This document shows positions 51,034-64,000 of a stretch of DNA of 64,000 nt, piece by piece. The stretch is from Eledone cirrhosa (lineage: Eukaryota): assembly GCA_964016885.1 (NCBI GenBank), contig OZ024742.1, positions 57,350,001 through 57,414,000 on the forward strand, in the 5' to 3' direction. Each line of letters starts with the position of its first letter. Position 1 is the first letter of the stretch. The notes under the pieces are model-generated. The model was not told the origin of the DNA and ran no database searches. It saw nothing but the letters and a program-made list of their open reading frames with translations. Both the position numbers and the translations under genes were made by a program.

Positions 51034-51034
51034 G

Positions 51035-51074
<40 letters not shown>

Positions 51075-51075
51075 C

Positions 51076-51115
<40 letters not shown>

Positions 51116-51186
51116 GAACAAAGCGGGCGCTATAATAAGCGTCCGCTAAACTGATGCGTACATATATGTATGTGTACCTGTATGTA

Positions 51187-51264
<78 letters not shown>

Positions 51265-51376
51265 TGCTACTGTACGTCTGTATACATATATGTATGTACG
51301 TATACATACATACTTACATTTAAGTAAGTGCCGTACTAAGAGTGAGAAATGAAATTTCGTTTTCATTTTATTACAA

Positions 51377-51420
<44 letters not shown>
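50705..51420. repeat. (TA)n arrays with TACGTA interruptions
   Basis: Read directly from the sequence. Confidence 0.95.
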
Positions 51421-51850
51421 GAAAAATTTGAACAGGGACAGAACAGAGAGGCAGTACAATAAATGTTTTTTAAATTCAGGCTCAGGAGAGTGGGAGGTAG
51501 GTGGGGGACGACGTTTCGGGCATAAGCCCTTCCTCAGGTGAGACGTGTGTGGGAACAGAGTTCAAAAGGTGTGTAGGGGAGTGGTGGAGAGACATATAGC
51601 GAAAGGAAACGGTGCGAATGAAAAATTAACAAATGAAGACAAAAAATATAAAAATAAAAATAAAGCATGATCAAAATACAAGGAATGAGAAAATTTAAAA
51701 ATAAAGGCATGATCAAAATAAACTGAAATTAAAAGGGGGGTAAACAGGTGGTGGAAGGGTGTGGGGTGAATAGGGGTGGTGGCGGGTGGAGTGGGGAGAG
51801 GGAGACGGGGTGTCCGAGCGGGGAGGGCTGAAGGTGGTGTGTGTGTGTAG

Positions 51851-51889
<39 letters not shown>

Positions 51890-54419
51890 TGAGGGTTGGG
51901 GGAAGAACGGGGTTGCATGTTCAGGAAGAGGTGTGTGTGGGGGGTGTTTTTGTGGGTCGGAGTGTCTGTGCGTGTGTGGATAGAGGGGTGGGGGGGAGAG
52001 GAATCAGGAGGCTGAGGCTGTAAATATGTGGTGGGAAGCACGTGTGTGTGGAGTTTAAGCGTGTTGTGGGTGTGGGTGGCGTGTGGAGGAAAAAAATTTT
52101 TTGGGGTGTGTGTGTGTGGGTGAGTTATATAGGTGATGGCGTAAGAGGATGGTTGAAAAGTTGGTAAGTTCCACGGATGTTTGGAGATTTGGTTATAAGT
52201 CAATTTCGCGTGTGGGTAATCCAAGAAGCGGTGGTCGGAAGAGGAGAGATGTGGGGTGCGCGCGCAACAGGAAGTGGTCAGCAGTGGGAGTGCTGTGGTC
52301 AGTTGGTGCTGGGAGGTCATAGCAGCAGTCGGTGGAATGGTAGGGAGGCGAGGATGGGTAGGTGTGAGAGTTGGAGTGAGGAGGGTGTGTGTGTGTGTGT
52401 GTGTGTGTATTAGTAGGGGTGTTAGTGGGATGAGTGAGTGTGGAGCGGGGGTGTGGGTGGAGCGGGGAGAGAAGGGTGTGTGTGGTTCTATGGAGGGAGT
52501 GTGGTGTACTGGTGTGTGTGTAGTTTGGTGAAGAAGTGTTAGTGGGTGTTAGTATACGGGAGGTGGCGAGGGGTGGAATGCAGGTGTGAGTGGGGGTTAG
52601 TGGTGGTAGGGTGTGTAGAGTTGGTGGTGTACGAGGGTGTGTGGGTACGGGTGCGTGGGGTTGGGGGGTGTTAGTGATGTTAGTTGCGTGTGGGGTGGGT
52701 GGTGTAAGTGGGTGCGTGTGTGCGTGTGATAAGGAGGGGAAGGAGGAGAAGAGGGGAGGGAAGGGATGTTAGTATGTTAGTTGGGGAAGGGTGGTCAGAT
52801 GAGGGGTGGAGTGGAGGTGTTAGTATTGTTAGTGTGGGGTGGGCGGTGAAAAGGAGGGGTGTGTTAGTGGTGTTAGTGGGAGATAAGTGTGGGGGGAGGG
52901 GGGCGGTCGAACGCTAAAGGAATAAGGGTGGGGAGTTCAGGCCGGGGGGAGTGTGGGTCTGTAAGATGAAGATAGTGCGTTGTTCGACCGTAAGGCGATG
53001 GGCGGGTGTTCCGTGGCACTGGAGTAGGCCACAGACTGTGAGATGGCGTGCGGAGTGTACAGGGACACCAAAGTGGCGGGCGATGGGGGAACTGCCCCCG
53101 AGACGAATATCCCGGAGGTGCTCCGTGACTCGGTCCGCCAGGCGACGTCCCTTCTGTCCGACATAAGTCGCGCTGTACTCCGTGCAGCGAAATCCGTAGA
53201 CTAGGTTGGAGGAGGTGCAGCGGAAGGCATGCCGGACCGAGAGAGAGTGGCCGTTGGGACCCTGGAAGGTGGTGGTGTTGGTGATGTGGGGACAGGTGTT
53301 GCAGCGGGGCCTAGAACAGGGGAAGGAACCCGGGGGGGGGAACCAGAGCGTGGGTTGGGGGGTAGGGAGCTGTGGACGAGGAGGGTGCGGAGATTGCGTG
53401 CGCGTTTGAAGGAGGGGAGTGGTGGGGTTGGAAAGATGTGGGAGGTGGAGGGGTCGGACTGGAGGCGTCGGAAGAGGCGGCAGATGGTGCGGTGGAGGGG
53501 TAAGGTGGAGGGGTGGTAGGTGATGGGGAAAGGGAGACGGTGGTGGGTGCGCGGTGGCGTGGGGTGAGGGTGGTGGAGCGGGGGATAGCACGGGCGCGGG
53601 TGAGAGTGGTGTAGACGAGAGAGGGGGGGTAACCTCTGCGGATGAAATGGCTGACTAGGGAAAGGGCCTGGGACTCGAAGTCAGCATCACGGCTACAGAG
53701 GCGGCGGATCCTGAGAAGTTGGGAGTAGGGAATGGAGAGTTTAGTGTGGGTGGGGTGGGAAGAGGTGAAGTCGAGGTAAGAGTGGGAGTCGGTGGGTTTG
53801 AAGAAGGCGGAGGTGACGAGGGAGTGGTGGGAGGGGTCGAAGGCGACGGAGATGTCTAAGAAGTGGACGTGGGTGGTGGAGATATAGGTGGTGAAGGGGA
53901 GGGAGGGGTGGAAGGAGCAGAAGAAGGAGAGAAAGGAGTCGAGCTGTTCTCGGGTGAGGGTCGTGGCTCCGATACAGTCGTCAATGTAACGACCGTACAT
54001 TTCGGGCGTGGGGCCGGTGTACTGGGCAAAGATTTGGGCCTCAAAATGGCCAACAAAAAGGTTGGCATAGTTCGGGCCCATTCTTGTACCCATGGCTACC
54101 CCCGTGACCTGTTGGTAAAACTCACCCGAGAAGGAGAAACAATTTAGGGTGAGGACCAGCTCGGCGAGGCGAAGGAGGGTGGGGGTGGAGGGAATGGGGG
54201 AGGGGCGAAGGTCGAGGTAGTGTTTGAGGGCGCGAAGGCCATCGGCGTGGGGTATGACTGTATAGAGGGACTTGATGTCTAGGGTAAAGAGGAATGGCTG
54301 AGGGCCGGGTAGGTAGATGAAGGAGTCGAAAAAGCGCAGGGCGTGGTTGGTGTCGGAGATGCGGGAGGGGAGGGTGGTGACAAGGGGGGCGAGGAGGGAG
54401 TCGAGAAAGGCGGAGATGA

Positions 54420-54420
<1 letters not shown>
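51420..54420 (-). mobile_element. 5'-truncated GC-rich Penelope-like element (Neptune-type RT plus C-terminal GIY-YIG) with ~1.5-kb 3' UTR
   Basis: [23 protein letters not shown] and FLD; CSRPRCNTC..CTSSNLVY..YVGQ..R..EH..PPGLN. One frameshift near 53540. Confidence 0.9.
51507..51540 (-). ncRNA. Hammerhead-like core with unpaired stem I
   Basis: CTGAGGA-a gggc ttat gccc-GAAA-cgtcg-TC; the flanks do not form stem I. Confidence 0.5.
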
Positions 54421-54813
<393 letters not shown>

Positions 54814-54814
54814 G

Positions 54815-55850
54815 AGCTTTAAACTATCTCTGTTATTGTATTAAATATTTACTCTTGATTGGCCAGAGGTGTTTATTTCCAGGTACCTTATGAATTTGAC
54901 TTTCCGTATTTATTACTGTTGTGAAATATTGTGGCTTTTTTTGGTTATAACTTCTCTGTTTTTTAGCCTAGGAAAATATATATATATATGCCTACGTATA
55001 TAATTACATGCATATATGTATTTATTTTCTTTTATTAATTGAGTTCTTTACACGAGGAATTAATATTGGTTTTGAAATAACGAATTAACCCGCGTGTGTT
55101 TTATATTTTACTCTTAATAATTCGGCCGGAGAATTATATTCCCATTTGCCCTTTATAGCATAACTTTCTGCATTTACTGCGGTTATGAGAAGCGGTTCTT
55201 ATTCGGGTACAACTTCTGATTTAGCCTAAGAAAATATCTATATGCGTGTGTAATTTATACAAGAATATATTTATTTTTTTATTTTCAATTGAGTTCTTAA
55301 ACACGTTGGATTGATAATGTTTTCAAAAAAACTAATTAACCCGTGTGTATATTATTTTTTTCCTCGTTTCGTGAGTTGTCTCCCCTTCCCGCTTCGTGTC
55401 GCTATGATAATTCCTCAGTCAAAAACTGCTGGAATTTCAAATATGGCGGTCATTCGAGGCGAGAGAGAGCTACTTTACGGACATGATTTTTGACAGCGGT
55501 AAGAAATTGTTTTCTTATATCAATGTTTAATGGGCTTCCACTGATGATTTATAAGTGCCCACCTAAATATATTCTTACATGAATATATATTAGGCTTCTA
55601 CATAAACTGGAAACATTCTCCCAAACTTGTAGAAAACTTATAATGAAACAATTGTTTGGAAAGAGAGATATACTTTAACTTTAATTATATCTCATAAAAT
55701 AATACAACTGGTTTTTCCACATTATACATATTGTTAGCACCCCAAACACTTAAATTGGGTTTATATTTTAATATAACCTAATGTTTGTTGAGTGAGATGG
55801 TTACCAATCAGAGTTTAGCTTTAAACTATCTCTGTTATTGTATTAAATAT
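54815..55850 (+). mobile_element. Non-coding 1002-bp unit with a 34-bp terminal direct repeat and an HHR (candidate retrozyme or non-autonomous PLE)
   Basis: agctttaaactatctctgttattgtattaaatat at 54815-54848 and 55817-55850; (TA)n flanks. Confidence 0.65.
55536..55661 (+). ncRNA. Type I hammerhead with 97-nt branched stem II
   Basis: ttcca-CTGATGA-t ttataagt[two hairpins]acttataa t-GAAA-CAATTG-TT-tggaa. Confidence 0.72.
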
Positions 55851-55926
55851 ATAAATATATATATACGTATATATATATATATATTATATATATATATAAT
55901 ATATATATATATAATATATATATATT

Positions 55927-55983
<57 letters not shown>

Positions 55984-56111
55984 ATATATATATATATACG
56001 TATATATATATATATATATATAGGTATATATATATATATAAAATATATATATATATATAATATATATATATATATACGTATATATATATTTATATACGTA
56101 TATATATATAC

Positions 56112-56190
<79 letters not shown>

Positions 56191-56200
56191 GATATAGATA
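55850..56200. repeat. (TA)n array
   Basis: Read directly from the sequence. Confidence 0.95.
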
Positions 56201-56362
56201 GGTAAATATACACGGGTGTGTATGATTGTGTATAGAAGATTATATTAATAAGAGGAATTCCAACTTTGTCTGATTTACTCGTTTTATTTACAATCCTTTA
56301 AAATATATATAATGGTATTATAATGAAATAGTATGATAGAATATTAAATTCTAAGTGTTAAT

Positions 56363-56401
56363 TGAACAAGTACTTTCATGCTTTCGCAATCTTCAGGTTC
56401 A
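56363..56401 (-). ncRNA. Minimal type I hammerhead in the PLE pLTR (left arm)
   Basis: Reverse complement of 61773-61811. Confidence 0.82.
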
Positions 56402-56776
56402 TGATATGTGGTGACAGTCGAGTTTGCAATTTTCAACTGTAATGAGATGGGTAAATTTCCTACCTTTTATACATTTTATACAGAGAAAAGTGGCTCCAGA
56501 ATGCAAAGCCCTGTAAACTGTATTTCGACCAATCAGTGTGTAGTTTCACTGAATTACTACAGCTGATTGGTTTAAGCGTCACGGCTGGTTGAGCATGCTA
56601 ACGACCAATAGTCATATCCAACGTATCAATTGTTTTGCTTTTTTGAAATGATGAAAATAGCATTTTCTATTAATCATCACCATCAACATCACTTTTATTA
56701 TTATTATTATTGTTGTTGTTGTTGTTGTTAGTGGTCGTGGTCATAGTGGTAGTAGAAGTAATACCCCTAGGCGTTA

Positions 56777-59089
56777 TTATTGTTCATTTAGCTTGGGTTT
56801 GAATTTATCAATAAAATTCTTTTCTTTGATTTTTCTCTTGATTTCATTTGGGCTGTGTAATTTGTAGAATGGGAATATTATAAATATTCCCTGACCACAT
56901 GTTGCCAGGTGGCCGCTTAGGGGTATCTGACGGACATTTGGGTCTCTGATTTGTTGACGGTGTACCCGTGCACGTTCCGATAGTGCATTTCCAGTTTGAC
57001 CGACATATAGTTCTTCACAATTCGGGCATTTAATGCAGTAAATTAGATTTCTGCTTTTGCAGTTCATATTTGCATTTGTGAATATTTTTCCAGTTTTTGT
57101 TTTCATATATTGACCGGCGTGTATGGATTGACATGTGCCGCATCGATTATCATTGCATTTAGATACAGTGAATGATTGGTCTTTGTTGTTAAGGTCAAAC
57201 TTTGCTTTTGTTAGCAATTGCTTCAAATTTTTTGGCTGTCTTTTACTAAGAGTCAAAGATCGATCTGTGATTAAGCCTTTTAATTCATTACTTTGAGCAA
57301 TGATCGGTAGGTTTGCTTTGGCAGTGTTGAAGATATTCTGGTGACATGGGTTGTGTGTCATTATAAATGGTATGACCAGTTCTTGGTTTCTTCTTCTTTG
57401 GGTTGTTCTAAGTTGTTGTATAGGTATTTTTATAGCCCGCTGTATGCCATTTTCTATAAGTAGAGATGGGTATTTTTGTTTGAGCAAAAATTCTCTTAGT
57501 TCTGTTAGGCGTTTGTACCTGGTATTCGTATCTTCTACAATGGTACAAATTCTTCTGGCTAGGCAGTATGGGATGTTGCGTTTTGTATGAGGTGGATGAC
57601 ACGACTTAAAATTCAGATATTGATGGGTGTCTGTGTGTTTATAATATATATCCGTGGTAATGGTGGTGTCGTTTTTGATTATCATTATATCTAGGAATGG
57701 TAATTTGGTCCTACTCATCTCTTTTGTGAATTGGAGAGATGGGTGTAGGTTATTCAGGAGGATATTGAACTCATCCAGAGTATCTAGAGATTCTGTCCAG
57801 ATGATGAAACAGTCGTCAAGGTATCTCTTCCAAGATTTTTCAATGTACTTTCTAAAGTCAGTACTATATTTTTCCTCTATTTCTTGGTAGAGTTGTTGTT
57901 CTATGTATCCCATTACAGAGTTCGCGTAAACGGGAGCAAACTTCGTTCCCATCGCTGTGCCTCTAATTTGGATGTAATTCTTTCCATTGAAGAAGAAAGT
58001 GTTGTTTTCCAGAATAAGTTTAACTGCGTCTAATATAAATGGCGCTGTGAATCTAATGGGAATCACTTCTCTATGTTTTTCCACCCAGTATTTAACCGCC
58101 TTTATTCCTAAATCATGTGTAATGTTGGTGTAAAGGCTTACCACATCAAAACTGAGTAGAAGTGAATTCGTTTCCGTGGTTTTGGGAAGATGGGACAGGA
58201 AGTCGATATCATCCCGGATGAAACTGGGTATGTGAATACATAGTGGTTTCAAAATAATGTCAACAAAATTGCTTAGACGGTGAGTGGGGCATGTTGGACC
58301 AGCTATAATAGGTCTAAGTTTTAAGTCTTTTGGGTGTAATAATTTAATGTACTCACTGTTTTGTTCTCTTACTGCCAGTTGTATTTCTTTTGACTTGTGA
58401 ACTTTCGGTAGGCCATACAGGTTGCTGGGTTTCGGCTCAAAATTGGTGATGTAGTCTCTTTCCTTATCAGTAAATGAGTTGTGGTATTTTGAAGCCAGGT
58501 TGTTGATCTTCTTCATGATGTTGTGGTCTATATTTGACGGTATTTCATGATAGAATGTTGTGTCTTTCAGTTGTTCCTCAACCAAATCCTTGTAGTATTC
58601 AGTATCCATTATAACAACTGCACCCCCTTTATCTGCTTGTTTAATTATTATTGTTTTATCATTTTGTATACGTTTAAGTGCAGACATTTCTGATTTGTTA
58701 ATGTTTGGCCTAACATTAGTATTATGTCTAAGAGGAAATTTAGACAGGATGTCAATGTATTGGTCGAGATAGATATTTCTTCCTTTTGGCGGAGTGAAAT
58801 TTGATTTATTCTTTACTAGTGATTCATCACTCTCATTATTTTTATCAGCGAAGAATTCTACAAGACGTAATTTTCGACAGAATTCTTGGGTATCCTCCTT
58901 CAGTTCTTGGTGGTTGACTGTTGGAGTCGGTGTGAATTTCAGTCCTTTTGACAGAATTTGCATTTCATCATTGTCAAGATCTCTTTTAGATAAATTAATT
59001 ATTTTAGGATCTACGTGTACAGCTGTTTCGGGTATGTTTCCTCCTGGAGTTTTTCTTTTTCCGGTTTTTGTTGTCCTGACGTTAAAAAA
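56777..59089 (-). CDS. PLE RT + GIY-YIG endonuclease (intact; frame open from the slippery site at 59089, first ATG at 58963)
   Basis: KIINLS..ILSKGLKF, ADKGG, YGLPKVHK, FDVVSLYT, AMGT, RYLDD, FLD, CNDNRCGTC, LIYCI..YVGQT and R..H. Confidence 0.92.
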   Translation of the reverse strand, partial: FFNVRTTKTGKRKTPGGNIPETAVHVDPKIINLSKRDLDNDEMQILSKGLKFTPTPTVNHQELKEDTQEFCRKLRLVEFFADKNNESDESLVKNKSNFTPPKGRNIYLDQYIDILSKFPLRHNTNVRPNINKSEMSALKRIQNDKTIIIKQADKGGAVVIMDTEYYKDLVEEQLKDTTFYHEIPSNIDHNIMKKINNLASKYHNSFTDKERDYITNFEPKPSNLYGLPKVHKSKEIQLAVREQNSEYIKLLHPKDLKLRPIIAGPTCPTHRLSNFVDIILKPLCIHIPSFIRDDIDFLSHLPKTTETNSLLLSFDVVSLYTNITHDLGIKAVKYWVEKHREVIPIRFTAPFILDAVKLILENNTFFFNGKNYIQIRGTAMGTKFAPVYANSVMGYIEQQLYQEIEEKYSTDFRKYIEKSWKRYLDDCFIIWTESLDTLDEFNILLNNLHPSLQFTKEMSRTKLPFLDIMIIKNDTTITTDIYYKHTDTHQYLNFKSCHPPHTKRNIPYCLARRICTIVEDTNTRYKRLTELREFLLKQKYPSLLIENGIQRAIKIPIQQLRTTQRRRNQELVIPFIMTHNPCHQNIFNTAKANLPIIAQSNELKGLITDRSLTLSKRQPKNLKQLLTKAKFDLNNKDQSFTVSKCNDNRCGTCQSIHAGQYMKTKTGKIFTNANMNCKSRNLIYCIKCPNCEELYVGQTGNALSERARVHRQQIRDPNVRQIPLSGHLATCGQGIFIIFPFYKLHSPNEIKRKIKEKNFIDKFKPKLNEQ

Positions 59090-59815
59090 TGAATTTTTCT
59101 CTGTTCAGGATTTATATTCCTGTTGGTGTTCGCTTGATGAACTTTTGGTCGTGATATTATATTTGGTTTCGTTATGTATTTTGTCCTATTTTTGGTATTC
59201 TGTATATTATTTTTCTTCCTGTTAGCATTATTTTTAACAATCTGGGAAAATGACCTAGGTTTGCTTTCAGGTTTAGATCGTTTTTTCGTCCAGTTTCTTG
59301 TGGGCAATCTCTGTTGAGATCTTGAGAGTGATCTGGTTATTCTACGTTTTGTTTCCACATTCCTTGTTGGTAGTCTCTGTTGAGATCTTGAGAATGATCT
59401 CCTGGTTTTACTACTTCTCATGGTCTGGTCAAAGGAATACCTATCGTGTTTGTGCTTTTTGTTCATGTTGTGTGCGATAGGGTGTTTTTGTAGAAAAAGC
59501 GAAGAGTTATTACCGTAGTTCTTCTTTGATTCAAGGTAAGGTGAGTGTTTGTGTTGGCACGTGTTCTGGCGTATGTTGTGTTGATGAGATTGTCCACTTT
59601 TAATGCTTTTTCTCAGGGTTCCAGAGTCTTTACCGTAATTTGCAGCATATTCATCGAGAAATAATTGTTTCTGCTGCCATACCTTTCTTGATTTGTTTTC
59701 TTCTTTTGAGATATCTCCGATCCATAGTTCTCGTAGTTTTTCAGCTATAATACCAGTCGTTAGCTTTGAAATTTCAACTTCAATTTGGTCATCAATTTGG
59801 TCATCAATAGCTTCA
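59011..59815 (-). CDS. PLE ORF1, 5'-truncated at the inversion breakpoint (helical region, then basic RS-rich repeats)
   Basis: My translation is stop-free from ~59815 (EAIDDQIDDQIEVEISKL..LRELW..EENKSRKVW) to TAG at 59011; SRSQQRLPTRN occurs twice. Confidence 0.75.
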
Positions 59816-61397
59816 CAGTGAGTACATTAAATTATTACACCCAAAAGACTTAAAACTTAGACCTATTATAGCTGGTCCAACATGCCCCACTCACCGTCTA
59901 AGCAATTTTGTTGACATTATTTTGAAACCACTATGTATTCACATACCCAGTTTCATCCGGGATGATATCGACTTCCTGTCCCATCTTCCCAAAACCACGG
60001 AAACGAATTCACTTCTACTCAGTTTTGATGTGGTAAGCCTTTACACCAACATTACACATGATTTAGGAATAAAGGCGGTTAAATACTGGGTGGAAAAACA
60101 TAGAGAAGTGATTCCCATTAGATTCACAGCGCCATTTATATTAGACGCAGTTAAACTTATTCTGGAAAACAACACTTTCTTCTTCAATGGAAAGAATTAC
60201 ATCCAAATTAGAGGCACAGCGATGGGAACGAAGTTTGCTCCCGTTTACGCGAACTCTGTAATGGGATACTTAGAACAACAACTCTACCAAGAAATAGAGG
60301 AAAAATATAGTACTGACTTTAGAAAGTACATTGAAAAATCTTGGAAGAGATACCTTGACGACTGTTTCATCATCTGGACAGAATCTCTAGATACTCTGGA
60401 TGAGTTCAATATCCTCCTGAATAACCTACACCCATCTCTCCAATTCACAAAAGAGATGAGTAGGACCAAATTACCATTCCTAGATATAATGATAATCAAA
60501 AACGACACCACCATTACCACGGATATATATTATAAACACACAGACACCCATCAATATCTGAATTTTAAGTCGTGCCATCCACCTCATACAAAACGCAACA
60601 TCCCATACTGCCTAGCCAGAAGAATTTGTACCATTGTAGAAGATACGAATACCAGGTACAAACGCCTAACAGAACTAAGAGAATTTTTGCTCAAACAAAA
60701 ATACCCATCTCTACTTATAGAAAATGGCATACAGCGGGCTATAAAAATACCTATACAACAACTTAGAACAACCCAAAGAAGAAGAAACCAAGAACTGGTC
60801 ATACCATTTATAATGACACACAACCCATGTCACCAGAATATCTTCAACACTGCCAAAGCAAACCTACCGATCATTGCTCAAAGTAATGAATTAAAAGGCT
60901 TAATCACAGATCGATCTTTGACTCTTAGTAAAAGACAGCCAAAAAATTTGAAGCAATTGCTAACAAAAGCAAAGTTTGACCTTAACAACAAAGACCAATC
61001 ATTCACTGTATCTAAATGCAATGATAATCGATGCGGCACATGTCAATCCATACACGCCGGTCAATATATGAAAACAAAAACTGGAAAAATATTCACAAAT
61101 GCAAATATGAACTGCAAAAGCAGAAATCTAATTTACTGCATTAAATGCCCGAATTGTGAAGAACTATATGTCTGTCAAACTGGAAATGCACTATCGGAAC
61201 GTGCACGGGTACACCGTCAACAAATCAGAGACCCAAATGTCCGTCAGATACCCCTAAGCGGCCACCTGGCAACATGTGGTCAGGGAATATTTATAATATT
61301 CCCATTCTACAAATTACACAGCCCAAATGAAATCAAGAGAAAAATCAAAGAAAAGAATTTTATTGATAAATTCAAACCCAAGCTAAATGAACAATAA
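59815..61397 (+). pseudogene. Inverted partial copy of the PLE RT-GIY-YIG ORF
   Basis: Begins mid-RT; carries YVG to YVC at ~61173. Confidence 0.9.
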
Positions 61398-61772
61398 TAA
61401 CGCCTAGGGGTATTACTTCTACTACCACTATGACCACGACCACTAACAACAACAACAACAACAATAATAATAATAATAAAAGTGATGTTGATGGTGATGA
61501 TTAATAGAAAATGCTATTTTCATCATTTCAAAAAAGCAAAACAATTGATACGTTGGATATGACTATTGGTCGTTAGCATGCTCAACCAGCCGTGACGCTT
61601 AAACCAATCAGCTGTAGTAATTCAGTGAAACTACACACTGATTGGTCGAAATACAGTTTACAGGGCTTTGCATTCTGGAGCCACTTTTCTCTGTATAAAA
61701 TGTATAAAAGGTAGGAAATTTACCCATCTCATTACAGTTGAAAATTGCAAACTCGACTGTCACCACATATCA

Positions 61773-61811
61773 TGAACCTGAAGATTGCGAAAGCATGAAA
61801 GTACTTGTTCA
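61773..61811 (+). ncRNA. Minimal type I hammerhead in the PLE pLTR (right arm)
   Basis: tgaac-CTGAAGA-t tgc gaaa gca t-GAAA-GTAC-TT-gttca. Confidence 0.82.
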
Positions 61812-61929
61812 ATTAACACTTACAATTTAATATTCTATCATACTATTTCATTATAATACCATTATATATATTTTAAAGGATTGTAAATAAAACGAGTAAA
61901 TCAGACAAAGTTGGAATTCCTCTTATTAA

Positions 61930-62769
<840 letters not shown>

Positions 62770-62770
<1 letters not shown>

Positions 62771-63459
62771 ATTAAGTTAAAAATGTACATCCACATATGT
62801 ATACTGAAATACTAGTATGCATATGAATACACACACGTGTACATATGTAGATGTACATATGTGTACATATGTAGATGCATACTAGTATTTCAGTATACAT
62901 ATGTGGATGTACATTTTTAACTTAATTGTTTAAGCGTCAGTCATACAAAAGTGAGTTACAAACGAAACGAAATTTAATTTCGTTTCGTTATTTGTTTTTA
63001 TCGTCTCCGTTGAACCGGTACGTACTCACGCTCTATGCAAATTGGTCTGCCCACTACTAATTTTCATAGAAAAAGCATATAACGATATGTGCTTTCACGA
63101 TTCTCTAGAGAGGCCGGAAGATAGGTAAATATTGCTGATGAGATGTAACAACATCGAAACTAGTCCAATATTCCTTGTCTGGCTTTCTGGAGAATAGAGG
63201 AAAGGTGTTTCCTCAAAAACCAGTATGACTCTAAAAACCGGTTTGTCTGTGTGTTTACATACAGAATAGCTGGACACTCACAGTAAAGTGACCAGTGAAA
63301 ACTCGGTACATCTACATATGTACACGTGTGTGTATTCATATGCATACTAGTATTTCAGTATACATATGTGGATGTACATTTTTAACTTAATTGTTTAAGC
63401 GTCAGTCATACAAAAGTGAGTTACAAACGAAACGAAATTTAATTTCGTTTCGTTATTTG

Positions 63460-63466
<7 letters not shown>
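62770..63466 (+). mobile_element. Candidate retrozyme: 465-bp non-coding monomer in partial tandem, with an inverted 5' piece
   Basis: 62875-63001 equals 63340-63466; 62770-62856 is the reverse complement of 63306-63392; canonical HHR inside. Confidence 0.75.
63128..63172 (+). ncRNA. Canonical type I hammerhead ribozyme
   Basis: aatattg-CTGATGA-gatgt aaca acatc-GAAA-CTAG-TC-caatatt; GUC cleavage after 63165. Confidence 0.9.
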
Positions 63467-63512
<46 letters not shown>

Positions 63513-63604
63513 CAGTTGAGCAGTTGAAGTATAAGGACGTGTTTTTACTTCTCTCCCCGAGTAAGCAGCAAGTCACACAGCCACAAAACAAAACAAAACA
63601 AACA

Positions 63605-63707
63605 AAAATTGACCGGTTAATACATTTACATACATCTATATTATTATATATTTGAAAATTGACCGGTTAATACATTTACATACATCTATATTATTATATA
63701 TTTGAAA
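63605..63707 (+). repeat. 50-bp perfect tandem duplication
   Basis: aaaattgaccggttaatacatttacatacatctatattattatatatttg occurs twice. Confidence 0.9.
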
Positions 63708-64000
63708 CCACGTGTTTTCGAACTTGTGAGTACATTTTCCTTTAACTACAAATTATTATTATATACTTTCGTCTTTTCATTAACTTAATTAATTTCAAAT
63801 AACCAGAATATACATATATATATATATATATACTCATATTTATATATATACTCTTCTCACTCACACACAAGAAAAACAAAAAATAAAAAATAAATCAAAA
63901 ATAAATTTAAAAAAAATATATATATATTGAAATACTTAACTAAAACACACACACACTCAAAACTAGAATGGCTAACCAGCAAAAATCCAAACAGAACTGG

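Noticed and set aside
51122-51147. Isolated 10-bp GC hairpin (agcgggcgct/agcgtccgct) within (TA)n
   Set aside because: Real but too short to assign; no CTAG end or ribozyme core nearby.
56777-58963. Telomerase or domesticated host RT gene
   Set aside because: The C-terminal GIY-YIG, pLTR HHR and inverted duplication identify it as a Penelope-like transposon.

Overview
This is a repeat-saturated eukaryotic window with no recognisable host-gene exon. The SINE family and the (TA)n/(ATT)n/(CAT)n landscape suggest an octopod cephalopod, which is an inference from recall. From left to right it holds: a CR1-group LINE 3' half; an RTE LINE fragment; a 3.1-kb RT-less element with ~335-bp inverted ends; a decayed L1/Tx1 element; a 24-kb same-strand pile-up of R4/Dong-like RLE retrotransposons (two families) in (TAA)n; a mariner-type MITE; a Buster/Charlie hAT fossil; a Helitron with intact ends; and a (TA)n-rich zone of Penelope-like elements (PLEs). 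The main discovery signal is RNA-level. I can fold 10 type I hammerhead ribozyme (HHR) motifs from about 8 distinct families. Several sit in small non-coding units with partial-tandem or inverted PLE-type architecture (465-nt and 1002-nt monomers; candidate retrozymes/circRNAs). Two have unusually large branched stem II inserts (97 and 137 nt), and one has a compensated U3-A8 core. The youngest PLE also carries a well-placed U UUU UUA -1 frameshift site joining ORF1 to RT-GIY-YIG. All folds and alignments were done by eye; no searches or folding software were run.
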